DNA of 58,604 bases. Origin: Octopus bimaculoides. Lineage: Eukaryota. The stretch covers positions 17,529,480-17,588,083 of the forward strand of contig NC_068994.1 in the NCBI RefSeq assembly GCF_001194135.2, given 5' to 3'. How positions within the stretch are numbered: the first letter of the stretch is position 1; each line of letters opens with the position of its first letter. The notes under the pieces were generated by a model that worked only from the letters and a program-made list of their open reading frames with translations, was not told the DNA's origin and did no database searches. A program made the position numbers and the translations under genes. Positions 25,690 through 38,735 of the stretch are shown in pieces.

Positions 25690-27300
25690 AATAGAAAGAA
25701 ATAGAATAGAGGGTAACTCAGTTAGAAACTTATAAAGTGCATTGCAACCAATGTGTGATGACGAGATTGACTTTGGATCAATTCTTCAATGCTAAACATG
25801 AAGGCTGCATTGTCAGAGCTAAGGTGCATGCTCTAAAAAAACAAGGGAATGAAAACTGCTCGACAGGTCCAAGTAGCAGAGGCACAACATGGCAACAAAA
25901 CCACAATTCAGTCTTTGGTGGACTAAAATAGGTGCTTGGTACTCAAGCCTGAGCAGATGTGTGCAGCACTTCATTCAACTGCCTGGGATGAATAGCAGTC
26001 CAGAACACAAGATGAGCTTCAGTGCCTACCTCAATGGTATGCCACAACTCTCAGCAAGGGGAATGGAGCATTGTGAAAGGCTAATAACAGCTGCAGAAAT
26101 ATTGGATGCAATAATGGGTTGCACGGAAGTGGGTGGTGCAAATCACCTGGTTTGGATGGTCTGCTCTACGAGCTTTACTTTTACATGCCAGACTTGTTTA
26201 GCAGCCTCTTAGCAGATATCTGCCACAACTGACAGCAAAACAGGAGAATTCCTTATGCTGTGAGTTGAGGAACAGTGACACTGCTCAGAAAGGACCCAAA
26301 CAAGGGGGATCAAATAGAAAGTTCTAACACTGCTGAATGCAGAATTCAAAATTTTGGCCAAGACATTAGCAAAGAGGTTGGTGCTTGCCATCAAGGAACT
26401 GATTGGTGATGCATGAACATGTGCCATTCCAAGCAGATCTATTCAGGACAAACTCCACCTCATGTGATACATCATAGATAGGGTGGGTAAAGAAGCTGGC
26501 ATGGGCAAAAAAGCTGGCATGGGCAAAGATGCTGGCATGGGTAAAGAAACCTTCAATACTTGGTGGCTGTTCTCTTAGCAGTTTTGGTCCCGTTTTCCAT
26601 GGTTGGATCACCACAATGCACAGTAAGATCTGCTTGGTAGTTTGGGTGAATGGTTGCCTTTCCAAACCATTCATCATCATGCGCTCTGTCTGTCAAAGGG
26701 TTTCTACTCTCGCCTCTTTTGCATGCACTGGCTCTTCAGTCACTACTATGGAAATTGAAGCATTGAGAGACAACTCAGACATGACAGAACAGATAACCAA
26801 TATATGATGAAAAGTCAGTTAAACATACACATATTTACAGGCAGTAGTTTTGTGATACCAAGCCAAGGTAGACTTTCACAGCTGTCAAAAGAGAAAGAAA
26901 TGCAAGCAAAATATCATCTGAGACATGATTGCAGCCAGAATAAAAGGTTAGGAACTGGACACATAAATCCACAAGTCAGCAATGCTGTGTGCATCTCAGA
27001 CAAGCCTGGCTGACAGCACATCTATGCCTGTAGAGTTTATCTCAAACTGGTAATGCCCCTCTGGTAGCACTGTCAGGCCAAGGATTTCTAGAAATTATCC
27101 ATAGGCCCTAGCTTGAAAGTCCTTTAGAGCAAACCAGCTAATTGATTCGTGTCAATACCCAGAGTCTCCCCAAGAACATCATCAAACTTGCCCACCACCA
27201 TCCCTCTATAGAACACCAGAGTGGAATTTCCACTAACCACATTACCCAACTGACAGGGGACTATGAGTGTCTGACAACATTCTAGATGCGAGGCACTCTG
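25690..27300 (+). mobile_element. Tx1/L1-like LINE RT fragment, heavily decayed
   Basis: GCIVRA.., LDGLLYELY..GTVTLLRKDPNKG.., KILAKTLAKRLVLAIKELIG; 3 x 18-bp repeat at about 26489-26545. Confidence 0.75.
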
Positions 27301-28714
27301 CTTCAGTCTACACTTGATCCTGACTTATGGAAACATATAATGCCACTGAGATTTTCTATTCTATTTTTCTCTTACTCTATCTCTTTCACCTACAAATTCT
27401 TATTGTCTCCCTCACTTTCTATTGTTTATTCGCTATCTTTTTTACTTACCTATGCTGATTCTCGCTTTCTCTCTCTCTCTCTCTCCCTCTCTCTCCCTCT
27501 CTCTCTCTCTCCCTCTCTCTCTCTATCTATCTCTTTCTTTTACCACATAGACAGATACACACACATGAATATGACTACATAACTAACTCTCACTTACATA
27601 CACATGGTCTGCTCCTATTATCTCAAACATGGTTTTAACACACCTTTTATTGCCACATGATCCTGGTATCTGATTAGCTTTGACCTTCGCACTGATTGTA
27701 ATAACCCTTGTCACATGATTCAGTTACTTGTATGTAGCAGAGTTCTAAAAAAATTAGATGATCATGATTTTATAGGCTATTTTCAGCCTATCAGATTGCT
27801 TTGTGTTTGGCACACGTATTTTTATGAATGTCTTCTTGAGCCTTAGTTGTTTTCTAAAAATTAAATGGTCAAAAGGATGGCAACAAGATTCAACACAATA
27901 TAAATTTTGTAACCATCAGACCAACACATACATATCAACATCTACCACACAAAAAAGCAGAGAATGTCTCACCAACACATTTGTTTGCATATACATGCAC
28001 ACAAACCAAAAATATAACTTTTATTCTGTTATATATAAACTCTTATTAACTATTGCTAATAAGCCATAATTATTTGTGAACTATTTTTGTCATGAACATA
28101 TTTGAACTATTATGCTAGAAATACACTGTTTATTTTCTGACAGCAATATTCTACAAACAACTTTACACTAGAATACTTGATGATCAATATATTACATGGA
28201 TGAATTATCATTCATTTGCCTCTAATTTTATTTTTGTAAATGCTGTGTCCCATGTATTTATTCTGGTACACTGATTGTTTGCTGCAATCTTTGTTACCAT
28301 TCTTTTACACTGAATATTATACTCTGGATTTTATGTAATTCAGTCAATCATATTAGCATTATTAAATAATTTTGATATTAGTCCTAGTCTCCTTGTCATT
28401 TCTCATTTATTTCCATTACGACCATTCCAATACAAGGCATGCAAAATAGCTCTGCAAAATAAGGTTAGTATGCAGTTTAGTGTTGTAAAAAGTGAAAGTA
28501 AATTGTGCTGAAAATTACAATAGTGACATCCAATAATTTTATCTAGTTATGTAATAATATCTTCTCATGAGCATTTCTGAAATAGCAGCTGAGTTACACT
28601 GCTACAACATATTATAATAGGTATATCCAACGACACCGGTAAAAAGCCACAAGGACACATTTGATATCTGATGGGTGGACTTCCTAAGTTAGTTTAGGCC
28701 ACATATATATTACT

Positions 28715-29100
28715 CTTTTACTTGTTTCAGTCATTTGACTGCGGCCATGCTGGAGCACCGCCTTTAGTCGAGCAAATCAACCCCAGGACTTATTCTTTGT
28801 AAGCCTAGTACTTATTCCATCGGTCCCTTTTGCCAAACCGCTAAGTTACGGGGACCTAAACACACCAGCATCGGTTGTCAAGCGATGTTGGGGGGACAAA
28901 CACAGACACACATACATATATATATATACATATATACGACAGGCTTCTTTCAGTTTCCATCTACCAAATCCACTCACAAGGCTTTGGTCGACCTGAGGCT
29001 ATAGTAGAAGACACTTGCCCAAGGTGCCACGCAGTGGGAATGAACCCGGAACCATGTGGTTGGTAAGCAAGCAGCTTACCACACAGCCACTCCTGCGCCT
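28715..29100 (-). mobile_element. Full-length tRNA-derived SINE, family A (CORE-like segment, internal AT/GT microsatellite)
   Basis: Head GTGGCTGTGTGGTAAG..GGGTTCATTCCC, then GGCACCTTGGGCAAGTGTC; more copies at about 1374-1795+, 2418-2610-, 7003-7170-, 7590-7900-, 8010-8235+, 9845-9990+, 10000-10345-, 42170-42270-, 48370-48630+, 55065-55270+. Confidence 0.85.
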
Positions 29101-29739
29101 ATGATTAGTTAACCATTCTTTAAATTTTGTTCATCCAATGATGTGAGAATCTATACACAGACTATCAATGAGCATAGATGCATGCTAAGAAGAAATTCAA
29201 GTAACAATGCTCAAGATTTGCTTTGTTTATATCATGTCTGTATGAACATATGTAGCAAAACAGATTCAGAGATCATGAAAAAGTTGTATGTACTTTCTAT
29301 ACATCATTTTCATACTCTATATAAATATAATAAAATTATGGAACTTCACTGCTGTTACATACAGTTTCTCTTGCAATTTACTTTCTTAACATCACCAACT
29401 GATCTTTGGGTATCTCTTGTGGAGATCCATTTTGTTGCAAGATTTGGGCAAAGTCACTTGTTTCAGGATATCTTCCACAACTTTCCCAGTTGTTTTAGAG
29501 GTCCTGTAAAGAATCAAGGGAACTACTTTCCATCGTGACTAAATGACAAAAGTACCCAAAAGTTAATTCCAAACAACTATACAAAAAGGAAATAAATAAA
29601 TAAACCAATATGTATATTTGTTTTCCAATATCCAAAAATAAAAATGGAAAACGAGGAACAAGGAAAGAAAAAGAAAGATAAAAAGAGAAAGAAAGAAAAG
29701 AAAACCAATAAAAGAAGAAAGAAAAACGGGAAAACATTA

Positions 29740-30700
29740 ATTAACACCAAGTGCCTCAATTGGTTGCACACCACAAGGTTCAATGGAACCTTTTGAAGCA
29801 AGCCAACATGCTTGTGGCATTACCACAGGCGATGGTAAAGCTAAGGTGTTGGAACAACCAAGTACCCTCATGGGCACCACCTGACACCTTGGTATGGCAA
29901 GCCACCAATGATAACAAGAACTTTGCTGTTAGTGGCCCAGCCCCTTCAAATGTCTCAAATGCCACAGGCTGGAGGAGACTGTTCACTGACAGGTCCTGAT
30001 ACTTAAGGGTTTTGTTCTGTTTTGCTATGGAAGCAGTGACCCTTCATTCATTGCAGCATCCAGCATGTGGGAGGGAGCAAAACTGTCCTGGATGAGGCAT
30101 CTACCCCTTACCCAGGGACAAAGGGTAAGACCATCTGGTCTCTTCCCATCACTTTTGGATAATCCTGCCAGCTCCAGAACTGAGGGGATATTAACCTGAA
30201 CCAGAGCCCACTTAATGACTAAGTATAAAAAAATCTTGGTGAGGCTCAATTACCTCAAGGTTTTTTAAAAGTTGCTCAATGGTAGCCATCTTAGATTGAA
30301 AGATGGACTCAAAAGCTCAGTCATAACTGGGGGGTCCAAGAGAGCACCATGCTGATGAAGAAGGAATCATGATAGAGGGGAAGAAGTCTGTAAAAAGGTT
30401 TACAGCCTGCTGATGTGAAGCTGGATGGTTGAGGATTCTGAGCTTGCATTTGGAACTGTTAACACTAAGGCCTCTAGGACCATGTTCCTCAATCATCATT
30501 CTCACAGTTGCAAGGACCTTATTGGAAGAGCCCCCTAAACAAGCATTATCAATATACCAAACGTTCAAGTCCAGGTCAGTTCCCATCTTGGTAACATCAT
30601 CAATACCCAGTGCAAATAGAGCAGGTCCATATGGGTCACCCTGTTAGACCCCAAAGTCAAATGGGATGAGGTAGTCACCATGCATGTTAACCGTAATTCA
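29740..30700 (-). mobile_element. CRE-clade non-LTR retrotransposon fragment (RT + RLE)
   Basis: LNVWYIDNACLGG..GLSVNSSKC and GLSKSDGKRPDGLTLCPW. Confidence 0.85.
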
Positions 30701-31239
30701 GACATCTTGTGTAGATACGACGATTCATACATATAATATTATCAGAAAATGTATGATATAGCAATAAATGCTTTATTGATTCTCTTATAAATACTTAATA
30801 ACCCACAGCTTTAAAAAAAAAAAAAATTCACATTAAATCTAAATTTATTCCATAAGGTGTCAACGTTTTTGTTCCACAATAACAACCTGATCAACAAAGT
30901 TCAATTGATTCAGTTACAGTAGAACAAGCCACTATTGTATGACAAAAATTTTGACACTTCAAGAAATAAATTTAAACTGAAAGAGAGTGTAATAGCTTTG
31001 TGTGTTATTAAATGGTTTGAATGGGTCTTCCCTGATGTAGTTACTTCATTTCTTTTTATCAAATTGCAAGTACAGCTCAGAAATTTTCAAATATTAACTT
31101 TAAAAACTAAGTAACACAGATTGAAACTTCTTAAGTCAATATGTTGAACATTTTTCTTCCCAGCAATCTAAACGAAAATAAAGTATATGTTGTGGTTACT
31201 TCCTCCTTCTAAAGGAAAATAAACGAAAATGTTCGAAAA

Positions 31240-32034
31240 TGTAACGGCATAGTCACGACAGGAACGTCTTTGATATGGCTAATCTAATTGTGTAAATATT
31301 AATGTCTATCTGTTAGCTTTATAACGTTAACCTTTCGTCCACTTAGGAATGTGGAAATAGAAATAAAGTAGATTGAAAGTGTAAGCATTTTTATCACAGA
31401 CCAGGACAGATAACAGCATTTATAGTAGACCTCAGTGTCGCTCTTTGCAGTAACCAAATTGGCCGTGTCCTTCCCTTTAAGGAATATACCTTTAGCAATA
31501 GCAAATACGTATATAAAGTTGTTAACTGGTGCGGTCCGCGAACCCTTCACACCTCGCGCTACGTCACTGTCAGTAATGGTTTCAAATTATGGTACAAGGC
31601 CAGCAGTTTTGTGGGGAAGTGGTTTATCGATTTTTCCGATGCCAGTGCTAAATTGGTACTCATTTTATTGATCCCAAAAGGATGGAAGATAAAATCGAGC
31701 TCGGCGGCATCAGAACTCAGCCTCTATCAGTAATATCCGTTCAAAATACTTCATTCGCAAAATGTGACCCTAATGCAATTTGTCTTTTCTTTCCTGTCAA
31801 CACAATACCGCCGATGGGATTCGAACCATCGAGCTTTTAGTCAGTGATCAAGTGTCTGATCTAATGAGCCAATGACGAATCCATTCGTTTTGCTTATTGT
31901 TTCAACCGAAACTGCTGCTTATTCATGACGTCATTCTTGATTGTCGTCTGCAGCCGCCGACTCTCAATCTTGGCGTTTTATTAACTTTTTATCTTGGTGA
32001 ATGAACGACTTACTTTACCGTGAATTAACATAAT
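31240..32034. promoter_or_regulatory. CpG-enriched putative promoter/5'UTR of the TEX36-like gene, perfect CRE (TGACGTCA) at 31926-31933
   Basis: Local CpG excess against an AT-rich background; CRE about 100 bp upstream of the ATG. Confidence 0.55.
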
Positions 32035-32079
32035 ATGAAGAAAAAGTTTAAACTACCCGCTTCTGATGAATTTGACTGG
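32035..32079 (+). CDS. TEX36: TEX36-like (HDNR family) exon 1 (MKKKFKLPASDEFDW)
   Basis: ATG...TGG|gtatga just downstream of a CpG-rich region; ends in Trp at phase 0 like human MTKGRRFNPPSDKDGRW. Confidence 0.75.
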
Positions 32080-32711
32080 GTATGAATTTTATTGCTTATT
32101 GTTTTTATAATTAAAAAAGAAATGTCAAAAAAAAGGGAAAGATTTGCAGAAGAGAGGAAAGAGAAAGAATGAGTTTTAGGGAATCACGGTTTTTTTTTGT
32201 TGTTTTTTTTTTTGTATTTATTTCAGTTGTTTTTCAATTGGCTGATTCTATAACATTTCTATTCATTCTCCTTTATTAATTGAAACAGCTGTAAGGGATG
32301 ATGATTAACCTGCTGTTAATAATAAACAATTTTTAACTTCCCAGTGTCCATTTTCTTTTTCTTCTTATATATATATATATATATATATNNNNNNNNNNNN
32401 NNNNNNNNNNNNNNNNNNNNNNNNNNNNNNNNNNNNNNNNNNNNNNNNNNNNNNNNNNNNNNNNNNNNNNNNNNNNNNNNNNNNNNNNNNNNNNNNNNNN
32501 NNNNNNNNNNNNNNNNNNNNNNNNNNNNNNNNNNNNNNNNNNNNNNNNNNNNNNNNNNNNNNNNNNNNNNNNNNNNNNNNNNNNNNNNNNNNNNNNNNNN
32601 NNNNNNNNNNNNNNNNNNNNNNNNNNNNNNNNNNNNNNNNNNNNNNNNNNNNNNNNNNNNNNNNNNNNNNNNNNNNNNNNNNNNNNNNNAAATGACGAAT
32701 ATGATGATGAT

Positions 32712-32743
<32 letters not shown>

Positions 32744-35700
32744 CGACGATGACGATGACAACAACAATGACAATGATGGTAACAATGGTGATGACAATAG
32801 TGGTTGTGATGATGGTGGTGGTGATGATATGAATATATGTTTATCAAATATCATACAATGAACATTCTTGATTTATTAGATTTATCTCTGCCTCTGGTAG
32901 ATATGTGATAATTACTAAATGGCAATTAAGATCAACTCCACATGAGAAAGGGAAATAATCCCAAGAATCAAGAATTCTCCAAAGTTAACATGCCACTAAA
33001 GTACAAGCTTATTGTCTGGAGATAACAGGACACTCATGAACATGTGTTTCTATCTCATCAGCCATCATCAGCACTACAATACAATTGTCCAACCTTATCT
33101 CCAGTAGTCAAAGGACTTACATTTATACAAAATGCATAAAATACATTTGTAGCCTAGCTAACTTGTATAATTTGCGATTGACTACTTTGTCTTATTTCTA
33201 TTAGCTCAATTTTGTTTACATTAAGCAAAAGGTTTGATTTAATGGAGTCAATTGGCAGCTCTATTTCTTACTGTTTATTCCATTACTGTGAGCAGTGTTT
33301 TTTTCCTATTCAGGCCCATATACTCTGGAGTCATTCCTCCTAATCTGCTCCTCCTTCACATTCAATTTCATCCCCTTTCTAACTATTAGAAGTCTATGAA
33401 GTTTATGACAGTAAAACTCCCTACTCAGTGGTGAAGCTAGAATTTATACTGTCCAGAGCAGTCCTCGAGTTTGACCCCTTCTCTCACAAAAAGGCTACAT
33501 GGGATGGACTACCATCGTTCAGCTAAGTAAGTGTCCCTACTTCAAAACAAAAATTGATCCTGAAAATTGTCTTACACAATATAGGGTTTTTAATGTGCCC
33601 TACTATGGACTATTTATCTATTGGATTGCATATCAACTACATTCTTAACTGAAGGCCATTCTGCTTAATCAAATTTGTATTACCAACAGCACTCAACATC
33701 TTTAAATTACTAATATGCACTCCATGTCTTTTGTTTCTTCTATGATTACAACAAAAGCCCTTACAATCAAATCACTTCATTGCAGTTGCTTCTTTATGTC
33801 TTTTGGAACCCATTTTATCATCTAAAAATAAACATGGGCCTGGGAACAGATGGTGAAGGCACACCTCCTAAAATTTTTTGTGAGCACAAAATCAAAATTT
33901 GCACGCCTACTTACTCTTCTCAGGTTTAGAAAACAGTGCATTAAAAGTGATCTGTAAAAAGGAGCATGAAGGATAGGTTTCTAGTCAAAGAACAAAGAAC
34001 AAAATTAAATAACAAAAACAATAAAACCTTAAGAATTTTGTTTCTCAATTGCGTAGTTTGAAGTTCAATCCCACTGAACAGCACCTTGGTCAATTTTCTT
34101 TCAAAGACTTGTGAATGACATCTGGTAGACAGAAACTATGTAGAAGCTCGTTGATAGGACTATTTGTGTTCTTGAGTGGTTGGCTTAATCCATTGCCCAA
34201 TTTAACACCATCATCTGGCCATTGGGTATCTTTAGTAGAATACACTCTATTGTAAGCATTTAGGCCAGGCCTCCAGTTTGAGGATAACTTCTCAGCAGTC
34301 TTGCAGGCACTCATCTTGGTTCAAGATATACATTATTCCACATATTTCTCTCCTTCTTTTTACTTTTACCTCTCAACACCAGGCACAGAGCCACCTCCCT
34401 CAATACTGCACTCCCACTCTGTGAGGGGATCTTGTCTTGCATGTAACATGTTGACTCCACTAGTTGCTGGTGCCATAAAAAACTCACTCATACATACTAA
34501 TCAAACCCTGTCAAACCATCCAACTCATCCCAGCATGGAACTTGGCAGTTAAATGATGATGTCTCCTTCCATTTTTTTAAGATGTCAGAGGGGGAGGAAA
34601 ATTTCACCGCCATTTTCTAGCAGGTTGAGCAATCATTTAGAAGCTCCTTCTTCACTGGTTAATCTTTTATTTAGTTTATTTGTTTGACTATATATAATGT
34701 CTACTTTTTCAGGTTTACACAGCATGTGGTATTTTCAGTAGAAGAAAATTGTTTTCAACTTTTGAATTTTAAATTAGTTAATCATATAAACCTACCCTGC
34801 TAAAGGTATCTTCATTAACATAAACATCGTCATCATCATCGTCATCATCATCATCATCCTCATTGTCATTGTCATCATCACTGTCATCATCATCATTGAT
34901 GCAGCAGTAACAACAACAACAACAACAACACTACCACAAGTATTTCTATCATTACTCTTCTCATTACTTTAAGCTCATTTTTCAATGTGGATATAGGCTT
35001 TCAGTGTCTCTAAAACAGCATATCATATATAAACCATTTGTCCTTGTCAATAATAGTATAAACAAGCATAAATATTCCTATTTTCTTATCAAGAAAATAA
35101 GAATATATGCAAGTATAAACTTGATTGTTGTAATTGTAGTCAAGTGTAAGAAAATACAGTTTATATTCTTATCAGGAACAAGATTTATTATCAGTCACAT
35201 TTACTATCCTGAATTGTGGTATAGAATACCACATTTGCTTTCTGTATTAATTAGGGCTTACTGAACAGATTGGTATTTAGAGCTGTTCTCAGAAATGGCC
35301 AAAACCCGCTTAGGCATGTCAGTACTTGTTATCAACACATAATATCTAATTCTATTCAATATATACCATTGAGCTCAAAAATAAATGATCCATGAATATT
35401 TTTTTACAACTTTTCCTTCTCCTCCTCCTTTCAAGTTTTGTTTGTTTTTGTTTTGTGGGGGTTTGTTTTGCTATTTTTTCTTAATGGTTTGGTCTAGAGA
35501 AAGAAGCTACATTCATAGCCGTCACAGACCCTCTGTCACTGGTGAAATCATTGTATTTAATGTCTCTCTTAAACAGCTGCAGAAAAAACATAAGCTGGGT
35601 GATAATTCTCAAGGATTGACATTCTGGAGAGGAGAGATTAGACGAAGTTGTTAGCAGTGCTTGAAGTGAGAACACAACACGGGTGATGAGAAAAGAAGAG

Positions 35701-36082
35701 ATAAATGAGTTGAAAAGCCTTAGTGACAATGGCTTGCAACTCAACAGTATTAAAAAGAGGCCAGTGTAATAGTAATGGAAAAGATGAGAGGACAGCACCA
35801 CTGGGCCAAAGGTTGGAATGTGTTGGTGAATGACTTCATTACCAGTCAGTTGGGTGGCCTTTTTTGGATGCAGCTGGGAAATGTGCATTGCTAAAATATG
35901 GTAGGGTCCATTCATTTTGAGGGTAATTTCATTCTGTAATGTTAAACAATGACTATTTTTGTACAAGTAAATGGCATAATAATAAAAACAGTATGATATA
36001 AAGACGATACCTGTTTGGTGAAAAAGTGACAGTAGATGTGACCAAAGGGAGGGCAAAGAACACACACACACACACACACACA

Positions 36083-37380
36083 TGAGGGTGGGCTGAAAAG
36101 CTCATAGACTGACTATGAAGGAGTGATGCTAGAGCTGCAAAATCTTGCATGCATTAATTTCAACTCTTCTTATTAATAACTGCATTGTTTCTGTTCAGGT
36201 AAACTAACATCTGACTGTTCAAAGAGGACTTAAAAAATAACTCATAATGAATTCTCTTGAAAATGGAATAAATGTGGCCTTGTGGCGTAATTAAGTACCT
36301 GCAGAAAAAGGATTTATTCCCCAAGGACATTCATGCCGATATGGTTGCTACATTAGGGAATGACACTCCAGTTTTATCAACAATGCAAAAGAAGGCAGCT
36401 GAATTTTGGAGGGGAAGAGAAATTCTTGAAGATGATCCAAGGTCTGGATGTCCCACAACCACCACCACCGAGGAAAATATTGATCATGTTCACCACATGG
36501 TGATGGATGACAGGCAATTGACTGTAAATCAAGTAGCCAATGCTATTAGCATATCCCATGAGAGAGTTTAGCATGCTATGCACAATGAACTTAACATGGC
36601 AAAGGTTTCTGCTTGGTGGGTGCCATGTCTCTTAACACTTGATCAAAAGTGCACCAAGTGGATGACATCACAGGAAAATCTGACATTGTTTGAGGCAGAT
36701 CCAGCTGGTTTCCTTGAATGTTTCTTAATCCAGGATGAGTATTGGGTTCATCACTTTAAGACAGAAACAAAGAGATAATCCATGCAATGAAAGCACCCCT
36801 CCTCACTTGCTCCAAAGAAGGCTAAGGTTGTTTCATCTGCAGGGAAGATGATGACCTCAGTTTTTGAGAATGCAAAAGGCATTGCGTTTATTGATTGTCT
36901 TCAAAAGGCCACATCATCAATGGAGAGTACTATGCCAACTTTCTGAAGCAGTTACAAATGGCTATCAACACCAAACATCCAGGAAACCTGACAAAAGGGG
37001 TTTGAATTCATCAGGACAATGCTCCAGCACACAAGTCTTTGGTTTCAATGGTTGCTGTGCATGGCTGTGGTTTTGAGCAGGTTGATCAATCTCGCTATTC
37101 TCCTGATTTGGTCCCATCTAACTATTATCTGTTCTCCAGTATGAAAATATACTTGGCTAGAAACCAGTACCACAGTGATGATGACACCATATCTGCTGTT
37201 GATAATATTTTCTTTTTACCAACAAGATGCAAGCTTCTTCACCAATGGGATCCAAGCATTGCAACACTGATGGAAGAAGTGTGTAGATCACAAGGGGGAA
37301 TATGTTAAAAAATAAACCTCATTTAGTCACATTCCATGAGAGTATCTTGATCAGCGTATAAACTTTTCAACTAACCCTTG
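36083..37380 (+). mobile_element. Full-length (about 1.3 kb) decayed mariner transposon
   Basis: TIRs (TGAGGGTGGGCTGAAAAGCTCATA / TATAAACTTTTCAACTAACCCTTG|TA); remnants WVPCLLT, DEYWVHH, HQDNAPAH, YSPDLVPSNYYLF with stops and frameshifts. Confidence 0.93.
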
Positions 37381-38278
37381 TATATACAGCAGGTTTCTTT
37401 CAGTTTCGTTTAACCAAATCCATTTTGTTTGATCTGGGGCAACAGTGTGATTGAATCAGAACCACTGGATGAGAAGCAAACTTCTTTACTATACAGCCTG
37501 TAAAGGTAAAAGTTGAAGAGAACTTTTGGATGTAACTGTAAAATCTAATTCTTAATATGCAGACTTGGTCACAGATCTAGCACGTAAAGACTGGTGCTTC
37601 NNNNNNNNNNNNNNNNNNNNNNNNNNNNNNNNNNNNNNNNNNNNNNNNNNNNNNNNNNNGCTTCTTGTATGGTTATACATATGTGAATTTCATAGGAAAA
37701 GACATAACTTCTGGCTAGCTATCTCCACCCAGGTTTTATGAAAGTTTTGTTCTCTGTTCTTTAATCTGTATGACACTGCTTTTCTATTATAAAGTCCTTA
37801 AGAAAGAAAAATAGACCAATCAAAATAAGAAAAATGATTGGTTCAGTCTTCAAATACAACTCCAAAGCTTCACTAAAATATAAGTTTCTGTCTCAGTCCC
37901 AACTAAAAATCTGTTATACTGATGTTTTTTTAGTCCTCAGTTTGGCTCTGATCAAACAGACATTTTATTAAATGCATTCCAGTCATATTTACCCCAGATT
38001 ATTCATTTGGGACTATATTATCAAATGCATCCTTGATTTTTCATAATGGTAGTGTGTAAAATTGGGGGAAAAATTTGGCTGCCATTTCTAGCATGTAGAG
38101 CAACCATATAGATGTTTCGTTCTTGGTACATGTAATTACATTGTTGTTAAGCTCCATGTGGTATAATTATAGGTATATTGAAGGGTGGACCACCATAATT
38201 GTATGATAGGTGTATTAAAGCATGGTATAAAGTTTATTAGTTGTGCAATTTATTAGACTAATATATTTATCTTTGTAG

Positions 38279-38419
38279 TATGACCTCCAAGGAAAAGGTG
38301 TTACCTGCCACAACTGTTTAAAAGACACTACCACAAAACTGATGCTAGAAGAACCATTCCTGAAAATATCAAAAGTGAGAGCACATGATCAACCCCTACC
38401 ATTTCAGCAGAAAGCAGCG
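38279..38419 (+). CDS. TEX36: TEX36-like exon 2 (YDLQGKGVTCHNCLKDTTTKLMLEEPFLKISKVRAHDQPLPFQQKAA)
   Basis: ctttgtag|TAT...GCG|gtaatg; 141 nt open, phase 0/0; size and position fit TEX36 exon 2. Confidence 0.75.
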
Positions 38420-38459
38420 GTAATGACTAGTTTTTGTTTTGTATTTTTTTGTAATAAGT

Positions 38460-38735
38460 GGTAAAGCAGATTGGGATCATGTAGTACCAGATGGATATTA
38501 TATGGCATCAAATTAGTTGCAAGCGGTACTAGATTATACAGTACCAAGTTAGTGCCATGAACTTCCATGTAGTACCATTTAGTACCATGTAGCACCATAT
38601 GGTACCATGTAGTACTGTATAATATCAGATTAGTACAATGTAGTACTAAGTTAGTACCACGCAGCATTAGACTAGTATCATGTGTTACTATGTTAATTTT
38701 ATGTGGCACCAGACTAGTACCATGTGGTGCTATAT
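38460..38735. repeat. Decayed minisatellite of about 10 bp (ATGTAGTACC)
   Basis: Many AGTACC/AGTACT variants in tandem. Confidence 0.75.

Noticed and set aside
26489-26545. 3 x 18-bp repeats, and other short periodic arrays, as CRISPR-like
   Set aside because: No unique spacers, eukaryotic context, and it lies inside a Tx1 fragment
31299-31550. 83-aa minus-strand ORF at the promoter
   Set aside because: GTG start, no recognisable domain, expected by chance
31780-31875. tRNA gene (A and B boxes on the minus strand)
   Set aside because: No full cloverleaf; it continues into SINE-like body sequence, as do the other tRNA-like heads
32060-32075. CTGATGA inside TEX36 exon 1
   Set aside because: Coding sequence (S-D-E) with no flanking helices
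33313-33530. Exon-like block with a good acceptor and GTAAGT donor as TEX36 exon 2
   Set aside because: Stop codons in the required frame; 38279-38419 fits better
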